DNA from: Bolinopsis microptera
Taxonomy: Eukaryota
Assembly: GCF_026151205.1 (NCBI RefSeq)
Contig: NC_087080.1
Location: 4,874,797-4,938,796, forward strand
Length of the DNA stretch: 64,000 nucleotides
Direction of reading: 5' to 3'
Below are positions 32,303-43,796 of the stretch, in pieces. Made by a program: the position numbers and the translations under genes. Within the stretch, counting starts at the first letter, position 1. Each line of letters starts with the position of its first letter. The notes beneath the pieces were generated by a model. The model saw only the letters and a list, made by a program, of their open reading frames with translations, ran no database searches and had not been told where the DNA came from.

Positions 32303-35300
32303 GACGCCTCTGACTTCAACATTCAAGAAATCTTTGACGGCTCCTGCGTGTCCCGTCCTAAAGTTGGTCTCCTAGTTGGTGGAAAAGAAGCCTCACTCTC
32401 CGGTTCAATCCATGTTTACAGCGAGCTGACTGATCTAGCAGCACGTGTCACAATTGTACAATCCTACGAGAGTAACGAGAAGTCGGTGAAAGAAGCAAAG
32501 TACCTGTTTCCCATCACAGATAGCTCGGCAGTGTGCGGGTTTGAAGCTTATATTGGTAATAAACATGTGGTGGGAAAGGTTAAGAGAAAGGAGGAAGCAA
32601 GGAGGGAATATAGGAACGCGGTAAAGGCAGGTCATGGAGCGTATCTGATGGAACAAGAGAAACCTGACCTGTTCTCCGTCGCGCTGGGCAATGTGCCAGC
32701 TGGTCCGGTCACTATTCACATCAAGATATTGTACGTGACTGAGCTTGTTATAGAGGATACGGAGATAGTGTTCAGTGTACCCGCTCTGACTCAAGGAGGG
32801 ACTGATAACAAGTTAACTCAGGTCACCACGGATACCACGCTGGTCACGTGTCAGGCCACACCCATCAACTTTCATGCTTCTCTTGCCATGCCTTTTGATA
32901 TTGTCAAGGTTTACTCTCCAGGACGAACTGTGCAGGTGAAGAAAACAGACACCACCTGTTCGGTAAAATGGGAAGGAGTTCTATCTGAGGAGCTTTCTCT
33001 AAGAGTCTCCCTGGCTGAGATCCATCGGCCGAGGATGTGGGTGGAACAAAACGGGAGCAGCGAGGCTGCCATGCTCACATTCTACCCGGATATTCAGTTC
33101 TCTGAGGGTGTTAAGATGATTAGTTTGGTTATTGATTGTTCTCGTAGTTTAGAGGGGTCCTGGGTTGATGTGATCAAGTTAGCGCTGTGTTTCTTGGAGC
33201 GGTTACCAGAGGGGTGTGTCTTCAACGTTTACAAGGTTGGGGCGCTTTTTGTGGAGTTATTTCCCTATCATGCTGTCTCTACCCAGCAAAATAGGGATAT
33301 TGCCAAGGAATTTATTTCTGATCTAAAACCTACCGAGTCATCTGCCAATGTGTACAAGATTCTTAGTGCATACCTTGCCATGAAACCAAAGATCCCGGGA
33401 CAGTTTATGAACAGTTTTATACTAATCAGCGATGGCTTGGTGACAAACCCAAAACTCACCCTGGAAACAGCACGGCAGTTCAACTATTCAGATAGGATAT
33501 TAGCAGCAGCTATCACCACTGGAGGAAATAAACATTTCATGCAAAACCTCGGTCAAGTCTCTGGTGGTTCATTTGAATTGTTTGATGGTAATGCCAAACG
33601 AAAGTGGCCAACCAGCATTGCTAAATTCCTGAAAATCTGTACTGAACCGGGTCTAACAAAAGTTGACTTGAGATGGAAAGTATTTGGTATGAACAGAGAT
33701 GAAATAGAGCAAGCACCAGTGTCAATATCCTCGCTTTTCAACAAAACCAGACAGACAATGTACGGCTTCGTCCCTAACTGCCGTGCTGCAACACTGCTAG
33801 CTTACATTGGGGAACAGGAGCTGGAGACTCTGGTCAGTTGTGCCGATCTAAATGTTACCAAAGGAGACACACTGCACAAACTCACTGCAAATGCCTTGAT
33901 AGAGGATTACTTCAAGGGGAATCTCAGGGAGGATCAGATGGAACACGAGGCTCACTTTAGGAAGAGAAAAGAAGCAATAACTGAACTTTCTATTTCACAT
34001 TCCATACTGTGTCCACTTACCAGCTTCATTGCTGTTGAAGAGAGAGAAGAGGGTGAGGTGAGAGAGGAAACGATTGATATTGAGGAGATACTGGCGACTT
34101 TGAGACAAGATAAACTGGCTTATATGGCTTGGGAAGACCATTCTGATGTTGGGTATCATGAGGATGATATAACGATGATTGAGACACGCGCACGTAATAA
34201 GAAAGTTATTCCGGCACTGAGTAACATCGATAAATACGGATGGGCAAGTTCGGATGTTAAATTACTTCCTTACTTGGCATTTATTGCAGCAGAGGATGGA
34301 AAACATGAGCCTATGTCTTTTCTCCTGTCCGAAACTTTATCGGATATTGCCAGATCTGTGGCTGATACAAGAGGCATCTCTCCCAGCCACATTGTTTTCC
34401 CTGTTAAGGACCAATACAAAACCCTAGCTGAGCTGAATTACCGATCACTTTCAAATATAACTTATCGTGTAAAAGATATCCCTCTCACTGTCACTATAAG
34501 ATCAGACGCTACAGAAACACCTATTATCATCGCATCAAGAGGTTCTGCTACGATCAGAGAAATAAAAGAAAAAATAAATGAGCAACGTCTAGATAACAAA
34601 ATCCCTGTAGAATATCAGCGCCTTCGCTTAACAGGGAAAGACTTGGAAGATGACAGCACTCTAGATGATTACAAAGTGACAGAAGGTTGCACCTTGTCCA
34701 TGGAGAGTAAACTAGGACCATATCGTGGGAATCCAAGTAACGCTAACTTACAAGTCAGTACATTAACTGGTACTGGAACCAAATTCCTCGTAATTGTAAA
34801 CACTGGGTTTTCAGCCTTGCATCTAAAATCAAAAATTGAGTCCATAACTGGAACCCTCGCTTCAGATCAAAGATTAATCTTTGATGGAAGGCAGCTGGAT
34901 GATAACGTACCGTTATTTCACTACGGTATCAAGGAGGGAAGTGTTATATTCCAGGTTCCAACGTTGAGGGGAGGTGGTGGCCCTGTACCATCTAAACAGC
35001 CTGTACAAGCAGGTGGTGGTGCACTTTATGTCAAAACGTTAACCGGCAAAACTGTTACATTGGACTCAGAGAGCAGTATGACGGTAGAGGAATTGAAACA
35101 ATCCATCCAGGACAAAGAAGGGATACCCCCAGATCAACAGAGACTCATCTTTGCAGGAAAACAACTTGAGGATGGGAGGACTCTATCTGATTACAACATA
35201 TCAAAGGAGAGTACCCTGCACCTGGTGTTGAGACTGAGAGGCGGGCCCGGTCCGGAACAGAGTGTACAACAAAAGAGTGTGGGATCTGCAAAATCTCTGC

Positions 35301-36401
35301 TGGTTACTGGTGATATCAGTTCTGTCGAATCAAGTGCAGAGGAAGGAGAGGAGGAGGAGGAGGAGGAGGAGGAGAAGGAGGAGGAGGAGGAAGAGGAGGA
35401 GGAGGAGGAGGAGGAGGAGAAGGAGAAGGAGAGGGAGTCTGGGACAGAGGACTATGAGTCATATCGTGAAATGCTTTGCTATGGTACAGCCTCTGGTACG
35501 TCATTTTCTGGAATCTGTGCTGGATCTGTTGATGCATATGATAACTCATCTGAAACTTATAGTGTAGAGATGAAATTTGCTCGAGAATTGTTTGATAAAA
35601 CTCCTTCCGAAGAAGAAACAGGGTATTCACTGTTTGATGATAATACCAGTTCTTCATCTAATACAGGAACTCTGCCGTTAAAAATGTATTCATGTAGTGA
35701 ATTATCTAGTGATTCATCTAATGAATCATCTAATGAATCATCTAGTGAATCATCTAGTGAATCATCTAGTGAATCATCTAGTGAATCATCTAGTGAATCA
35801 TCTAGTGAATTAGCTTCGTTGATAGAACCTGCTAAACCCTCCTACAAACCTACTTGTTTTGATGTTAAACCTGTCAGTCTTGGTGCAGCTCCAGTGTACA
35901 GGACTGGAGGAGGAGGGGGAAGAGTGAGAGGAGGAGGAGGAGGAGGAGGGAGAGGAGGAGGAATGGGAGGAGTATCGAGTATTAAACGGTTAAGTTGTGA
36001 GATGGATGAAATCAGATGTGATTTAGTTTCGAGACCCGAATTTATGATTTCTGATCGTTTCGATGATGATGATGATGATGATGATGATGTCATGTTTAAT
36101 GATTTTTCGGAAATAAAAGCAAAGAAAAAGATGAAGAAAAAATCTCCTGAGCAGTGCTTTGATTTACTCCTCCTTGATGTCTCCCCACTTTCATTATCAA
36201 TTGAAGACAGCAGTCACGTGAGCATTCCTATAGTGCCCCGAAACTCCAGTATCCCCAACCGGAAATCACTAGACTGTATTACAACCCATGATTATCAAAC
36301 CAGCGTAAAAGTCGCTCTCTACGAAGGGGAACGGAGGAGAGTTAAGGATAATATGTATCTTGGAGAGATTGTGATATCTGACATTCCACCAGATCTGCAA
36401 G
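32303..36401 (+). CDS. PARP4: PARP4-like giant exon: VIT + vWA + 2 ubiquitin-like domains + near-canonical ubiquitin (LRLRGG) + poly-E / (SSE)n / Gly-Arg / poly-D tracts + start of HSP70 substrate-binding domain
   Basis: Continuous 1385-aa ORF. VIT: [53 protein letters not shown] (human PARP4 EAKYIFPLDDKAAVCGFEAFINGKHIVGEIKEKEEAQQEY..GHGAYLM); PRMWVEQNG. vWA: [13 protein letters not shown]. Ub: [77 protein letters not shown]70 part: [33 protein letters not shown]...[33 protein letters not shown]. Acceptor ttccag| at 32302, donor g|gtaggt at 36402. Confidence 0.85.
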
Positions 36402-36650
36402 GTAGGTTTTACCCCTGTTTATCTTTTACCTGATGAGCCATAAATCAAGCTACAAGACAGGGAATACGTTTTCGTAGAGTATCAGAAACTGATTAAGTCT
36501 AGACAATCCTATGTAATGGGTTCTTTAATATGCTTTTATATGAGCTCGTAATTTTTCCATCAACGGCTGTGCTAAAATTATTAACTTAATTAACTGAAAA
36601 TTACTATTACACATTAAGCTTCTTCATCATGATTTTTATTATTAGGGGTC

Positions 36651-36832
36651 GTTCACATATTACGTAATTTACGTACTTTTTGTACAATTTTTAACCCCCC
36701 CCCTCCCTCCCCCCTCCGTAATCAGTTTACACATAGCTACTGTGTAAAAATTACAATAATGTAATCATTTAGAAACTCCTCCTCGGTTGATTACGTAAAA
36801 TGTGAACGACCCCTTACTGAAAATGATTAGGA
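36651..36832. mobile_element. MITE (about 180 bp) with TIR GGGGTCGTTCACATATTACGTAAT, in the intron between the two HSP70-like exons
   Basis: ggggtcgttcacatattacgtaat ... attacgtaaaatgtgaacgacccc are inverted termini. Internal poly-C/G tracts. Homologous copies at 39826-39980 and 25548-25680; solo TIRs at 41385-41410 and 41553-41578. Confidence 0.6.
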
Positions 36833-36915
36833 GCAAATTCTGCAATTGAGATGACATTTACGCTTTTCTAATATTTTATACGTTTCAATTAAATTGTAAC
36901 TAAAATCAACGTTAG

Positions 36916-37118
36916 GGTCGGTCAAGATAAAAGTCACTGTGGAGATAGATGCAACTTCAATGATTCATCTTAAAGTGAAAATTGGCGATGAGGAGGAAAT
37001 GAGGTCTATGTACAATTCTGGACGGCTGAGTTCAGAACAGATAGAGAAGTCTATAAAAGACGCGAAGGATGATTTTCGTGATGGCAAACTAAACATTCCA
37101 GCTGAGATTTCCTTACCC
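36916..37118 (+). CDS. PARP4: Next exon of the same gene: remainder of HSP70 SBD-beta and start of lid
   Basis: GSVKIKVTVEIDATSMIHLKVKIGDEEEMRSMYNSGRLSSEQIEKSIKDAKDDF aligns with HSP70 [57 protein letters not shown]. Phase 1 from the big exon is completed by the acceptor gttag|gg. Donor cc|gtaagt. Confidence 0.7.
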
Positions 37119-38454
37119 GTAAGTGGCAATTTGTATATTTCGTATTCAGTTATACACATATAGTACAATTTGAGTTTAAAGTTAATGCAAATATCGTCAT
37201 CTTTCAGTGCTTTCCAACACGAGGCAGAACAATGCTATATATAGCATTGTATCATCAGTAATACATTGCTAAACACCAAGCGGATGTGTTTTGGTTTATG
37301 GGACATTTGACTCAGTCGCTATTTAGATATTGTGTGTTTGTAACGCGCATAGATTGGAAGATATGTAGCATGGTACCTACAGCAGCGACAAATCATGCCA
37401 GCGATTATATTATAAATCAAAAGGCTTGCATATAATGAACATATTGACACGGGTGCAGAGTTGAGTCTGTACGGAACCTAGTAGTTTCAGATCCTTGTTT
37501 AACTTGCCGTACATCAAGGTCATCCACTACTTTAGCCCGGCGAGGCACATAACTCCCTCTACAACTCCATGACAAATGTTTCATATATACTAGCCGAGTT
37601 CACAAGATATATCCTTGTGTTTGAGAAGAGCTCGTTAGAACTGCTTCCTTTCCCTTTATATTATTTAAATTATATTGAAATATATTTAAATTATATTGAG
37701 AACGCGCGTGCCGACGTAATTAAATTTCTTGTGCGTGCATTCAGTACGTTTGTGTACATTATTCATATCAGTGTGTTTCGTCCAAAGTTAACTGGCCATA
37801 TTGCTAAGTTATAATCAGTCATACTTGGTTCAGGATTGTAACACAACTTTTAATTTCAGGCTCCGGATATCAATACTTTCCAGAACACTGCGTAAGTTAA
37901 AAGCTACTGCACAATGTACTTGTAGTAGAGTCTGTATTGATTATCTGATATGTTTTCTCCTGTGTTCTGTTATGTAAATGAGTAATAGGTTTTTTCTAGG
38001 TTTTCATTTGTTGTTACTCATTGAACCTATCTTTAATTCATAGCTTTAAAAATATCTAATTTCAGTGACAAAAAAAGGATCGCCCCTACTTTAGAGAATT
38101 TGATATCTTGTTATCGCAACGTAAGAATACAAAGGATGTTCCACAACTAAAACAACCTTGAGGAAAATGATAATATTATCAACTTGAACTTCACCTAGAT
38201 AGTTAAAATTATCAGTTTCTTTCCCATAGATAAGATGATTTAGAAAATTACTAAGATTGTGTAAAAGAGATACATTTTGTTTTAATTTGGTGGGGATTCT
38301 GGTGGGAATGTGTCAGGTGAAACATAGTAAGAGTGATTCTGGCGTTTGATTGGTCAATAGTGGAAGCAGATTAGTTTATTGCAGCCACTTTTTTAAATAT
38401 GCTTGACCTCCTAGGTCAACTAGAATGCACATAATGATGATAATTATGATATCA

Positions 38455-38775
38455 GATATACCTTATATATACTAGCAGGAACCCGTATAACCCTAAAATG
38501 GTGTCAAGACTCAAGAGGCTAAAATAATTATTACCTATTTAATTCGCGTTTTTGACACCACTTGGGGGTCCAAATTTTGGGCTCTAAAACTCCTATTCTT
38601 GGCAAATTTTTTTTTCATGCTGATTTGTAGGCCATTAAAGCATTTGACCCAGGCAAAAAAGTTTCAGTTTTATATCTTTTACGGTTTTTGCGGAAAGTCG
38701 CGTTAAAGGTGATGCCGTGGTGTCAGTAAAATGGCACGGAACCATATATATCGTCTCGCTTTATATATAGTAAGA
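38455..38775. repeat. About 320-bp interspersed repeat (SINE/MITE-like), copy 1
   Basis: atatactagcaggaacccgtataaccctaaaatggtgtcaagactcaagag...gatgccgtggtgtcagtaaaatggcac...tcgtctcgctttatatatagtaagat recurs at 59166-59450 plus 61976-62010. Confidence 0.7.
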
Positions 38776-39540
38776 TTTGATCACTGAAACTTGCACTTAC
38801 AGGGTTACGAAAGACTAGTTGCTGTTTCATCTTTCTCATGGTAAGCACTGTAAATTGTAAACGCCAATTTGCTGTTATTTTGGCCCACTAAGACAAAAGA
38901 TATTATTATCTTTTTCATATTGAGGTGAGCTCGTACCTGTTATGTGGGGTCCCAATTCCCTCATATACTGCGTTTTAAAAAAACCTTACTTACCACCAAC
39001 TATCAGTGACAGCTTTTGTGATTTAAATTTAACGTTTCAGTACTGAAGTTGATTTGAACGTTACGATGTACGAAAGCTGGGTCTCCTCTTTACGTCAGTT
39101 TCCTCAAACAATTGACCACATAATGGAATACAGATATAAGGTACCGTAAGTATTGAGAGCTTCCTCCCTATATTACATATGACATCAGGGATCATCTTTA
39201 AGGTCAACAAATACACCTCACATCCCAACCAGAATCTACGTCTATTAGCACAATAAACTCTTAGGTTTGCGTCGAAAATTCGAACGGTGAACCATCTATC
39301 CCCGATGTCATGAAGATAGTACAGAAGTTGCTGGTCACTGGTGGAATAAGAAGTCTTGGAACTGATCTGCAGACTAAAACCGCCTCCCATCTCATGGATT
39401 TGTTAACCTTGATAAGATCCATGGAAAGGACCAAGGTGAATTTTTGTTTTGTTTGGTTCTTAATTTATAGCTTTGACTTTAATTTGGGGATGATTGTTTT
39501 TCGAATGAGTATTCAGTATAAAATTAAAAATGTAAATACA

Positions 39541-39720
39541 GTATAACCCCGATTTACCGCGCCCCGATTTACCGCAAACCCCGATATTCCGCAGCCACCT
39601 CCCCCACCTAACTGTAACATGTATAATGTAAAGAAACAAAACCCCGATTTACCGCGAATGTTTCCTTTCCCCAACCTCCGCGGTAATTGAAATTCGGGGT
39701 TTTACTGCATAATACTGATT
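39541..39720. mobile_element. Palindromic MITE/SINE-like element with termini CAGTATAACCCCGATTTACCGCG
   Basis: cagtataaccccgatttaccgcg...cgcggtaattgaaattcggggttttactg. Related termini at 29940-29980, 53390-53425 and 25085-25120 (ccccgatttaccgtggagtttggg). Confidence 0.5.
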
Positions 39721-39825
39721 GTATTACAATTATTAATAAATAGTCCTGATTTTTCAGCGAAGGAATTGACATTGTAACAGTTAACATTGCACCCTCACAG
39801 AAATTTTATTCTCTCGAACGTCCCA

Positions 39826-39980
39826 AAAGTCGTTCACATATTACGTAATCAGCTGAGGGGGGGGGTTTCCGAATGATTACGCTAGTGCAATTTTGACACA
39901 ATAGCTATGTGTAAAACTGATTACGGACAGGGGGGGGGGAATGTTCTAAAAAAATGATTACGTAATATGTGAACGACCCC
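39826..39980. mobile_element. MITE, second complete copy of the ACGTAAT-TIR family
   Basis: gtcgttcacatattacgtaatcag...gattacgtaatatgtgaacgacccc. Confidence 0.6.
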
Positions 39981-41329
39981 AAAGTTCCCTATCCCCCCAC
40001 ATTTACAAAAATATTAATGGACAACATTTCAGCGTACTGAAAATCTAATGAAGTCACTATTCGAACCTAGTGATATTCTTAGAAGACTCGAGATTTCAAA
40101 TACTGTAGCGTCACTCTTTCTCACACTTTCTGCAGTGTTTGGAATTGCAACAAATGATAACACTATCAATCACGAGGTTTGTTCATTGATTACATTTTTA
40201 CTTAAGCATGTTATCAGTGTTGTTGATTGCCAAGTTTTGTGTTGAGGATTGATGAAAATACAAATTGATTAACAAACAAAACTTTATTTATTTGTTATTT
40301 ATTATTATTTATTTATTTATTAACGTGCAAAACTTGATGTAATTAGTTCATTTTTCAGATTCTGAGGAACCTCGGTGATCTCCACCTAGCGACCGAGTTA
40401 AAGATATTTTCGGAATCTCATCACGTCACCCCTCCACCTTCTGTCTGTGTTGTTTCCGATTTAGATTGATTTTTCTTGAGTATTCGGTTATTGGTATGTG
40501 TACTGAGAACATAATTTTTTAGCGGTTGCAAAATTATATTTTTTACAATTATTGTTTTTATTTACATAGCAATTGTGATTTGTATGTATATGTATTATGT
40601 TAAGTTTAATAGAGCGTGTTTGATTAATAGCGATGTTAGATTTAATTGATAAAACTCAGCCGAAGCAATGCTGCAGTTGCTTAAAATTAAATACTTTCGC
40701 TCGATATTGGTTAATTTTAAGCTAAAGATTAAAAGTCTAAATTATTATCTGAACAGTTACGTTCACACATTTGGACTTGTGTTACATACAATAAGTATAA
40801 CTTTTAGACTCTAGTGTCCAGACTAAATAAGATTTTTATCGACCTAAAATGGTTTGGGAATATTTTGAACATTTTATATATAACATGTTAATGTTATGTA
40901 TGATATTTTCTTGTCACTTAAGCTTTGACTTCGAAGTTCGACGCATCAAATACTTTATTATCTTAAATTGTATTTCAATTCTAAAACGACTCTTGATAGA
41001 TAAATTGCTCACCATACCGTACAATTGTACTACTTCAGATAAATCTTTGGAAACATGATAACATGACTGAGAAAAACATTTAAACCATGTACTATTATAA
41101 ACCTGAGTACTATTATATTCATTCGGTCCCTATTTCTCTAAAAAATGACCCAGCTGCACGGAGGGCGAAAGTTGTGGGTATCCGGCCTGGTTTATAAATG
41201 TGAACCTTGAGTACGAATATCTTGACTTCCTTTTTAAGTTAGAAACTCTACAGGAAATATGATCATAGTTTGTTACATTGTGATATTGTGGTAATTAATG
41301 AGGGCTCTGTGCTCTGACCATCAGAGATT

Positions 41330-41590
41330 CCACAGTGTTACAGTGGTTTTCACGTGGAGATATTTGCTGCGGTAATTCCACTCAGAGGACGTTCGCATAT
41401 TACGTAATCAGCTTTTTTCATTTATTTTCGTAGATCATACTTTAGAGCTCTGTGTTCTGACCACCAGGTGCTCTGACCACCGGAGATCACACTCTCTCTG
41501 ACGGAGAGAATTGTCAGAACGCTATTTTCGGCGGTAACTCCATCAGTTGTTGTTCACATATTACGTAATCAATTTTTTGCATTTTATATA
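41330..41590. repeat. Two tandem copies of an about 130-bp unit, each ending in a solo MITE TIR (gttcacatattacgtaatca)
   Basis: gagggctctgtgctctgaccatcag...cgcatattacgtaatcagc followed by gagctctgtgttctgaccacc...cacatattacgtaatcaat. Confidence 0.6.
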
Positions 41591-43796
41591 TATCTAAGGT
41601 CCTTACACAATCAAATGCATATCATTAACTTCAAGTGCCCTACCAACAAGTTGGTCAAGAAGCTTCAGCTTGAACTAATCCTCTGATCACCATCAGAACG
41701 GACCCGGTAATATTTAGGAACTTAGAGAATCTGATCAGTTCAGCTCGGGCCCCTGTTCCTCTAATGATTTGAAATTGAACAAATGTGGAGCCTCACCGAA
41801 CTTATTTAAGACGCTCATTTGGCCCTAACTTAATCTTGAAACTAATTTATTGCGGTAGTCCTCGAAATACGATTACGAAGCTTTCAACTTGTTTTGTAAT
41901 GTGGACAGAAGGTCCGTAAATCCGATTTCACGAATGGGAACTTTATTCTCGGAAGGACTAGATACTATTTGGTCAGAAGGGTACCCGGAACTTTTATCCA
42001 TTGCTATTTGTACTTTTTAATTTTGATTCGTGATATTGATCAGAACTCAGATGATGAAAGTATATTTTATTGGAGGACTTCGACGCGCCGCGCAAACTAG
42101 CATTCTTGCTTCTTGCAGAGCAACGATCTGGAAAGGTTGACATCGTTAATCAATATATTTTACTGCACTCTTTATTCGATAATCATCTGTTTGAGCTTCA
42201 TTAGTCCAACACTCCTGAAGCACTGGTCAAAAATATTTGTGTTTCATCGACTTCGTCTGAATTTAAATGAAGCAGACTGTGTAAAAACTAAAACTTGATC
42301 AAGTTCACAATCACAAGTTCTTGATATAATTACTTTTATATTACTCTATAGCATTTTGTTGAAAATGTTGTCATGACCAAACTTTTTCCTTTCGTTACAC
42401 ATTTCCACTCAATCTAATTTGGAGACATGAGAGATTTTTTTGTGATTCAGTCTAGAAATTTCCGTTTGAGAAATGGACAAGATCATTTTAAAATAAACTA
42501 AACATAATTCGGTTGGGTTTCTACTTTTAGTGGTTTCGGGGAGAGTCTGAGCAGCAAACTCGGTCAGAAAATAATTCACAGAGTCAGCCAGTTTTTAATT
42601 AAACTTTTAGAGTAAAATAATAGCTAACGCGTGGTTAAATCTTGGCCAGAGAAAAGTATGAATGGGTAGGCCACAGCATTAAGGGCTTTAAGGCATTTAC
42701 ACCAGTGAAATTGGAGGACGGACCGAAACAGTGGGGCAGCACGGGAATAGGGTGGCGTTTAAATTAATGACGGGAGGTCAGGTAATATCATTAGTAAGTT
42801 AAGAATAGAATTTTAGTTCAGATTCATAATCATAAATCATTACCATTTGTTATCCATAACCCCATTAATGATATGTCCATTAAGTCGACAATTCATGCAG
42901 AAACCACTAATAATAATATCTAGAATTTCTAGAACCATTGGAAACCGCAGTGAATTCAAAATGTGCCTTTTACCATTTTTGTCCATGTCATCAATAAGTT
43001 CATTTTATTTTTAATAGACCCATTGGCGGTACCACATTGAAGCCACCTGGACCAGTGTTACAGCCTCTGAAAGCAGATCGAATCATTGCCGCTAACATTT
43101 GTCAAAGCTCCCGGCCTTTGAAATGACGTTCTTGATTATGGTAATAGAACTTCTGCGTTAATCGAGTTGGGATTGTGATCGAAAATATTTCAATAAAAAC
43201 TCATTAAATCGAGGCAGTTCCCGTCCTCTTGACAAAAAAAGCACTTGGTGAACTGTTTGCATAGAATCCGAGTAGGGTATTGCTAAAGATTGGAAACGTA
43301 TACTGTAAAGTTGCAGACACAGTTAGACTTGGTACACTTGAAACTGGCATCTCTGATGTGTAATGACCTCCTATAATATGATAATCTGAAATAGTTAATG
43401 ATGATCCGGTAATAATTGAAATGGTTAGCGGAGCTATCAGCTAATGCATTAGCTGATTCTATTGACTGGAACCAATCGTGTTGTACACTGATTTTAAATA
43501 ATTTTGTCTTCTGAGGTGATTTACTAATTTTGTCTGCAATTATGTGTATTATCAGTAAACACTAATTAAAGCTCCTTCAAGCTATAATTATCAGTAACAT
43601 TTATTTTTATTGCACCGTTCCACACTCCCGGATAGTCACAATTTCCGTTTTACATTATTTTCCTCCACCGTACCCGACCGTTCTGATTAACTTTCTTTTC
43701 TTTTTGTCTTCCAATAGTTCGTTTCCACTAGTTTCGCAATTTTGGTATTAGTTACTATTCTTAATAAATTACGGTTGTCTAAGGTAAGTTATAGAA

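Noticed and set aside
35262-35657. ORFs 35262-35567 (+, poly-R) and 35316-35657 (-, poly-P)
   Set aside because: Alternative-frame and antisense readings of the GAG-rich tract inside the genuine large exon.
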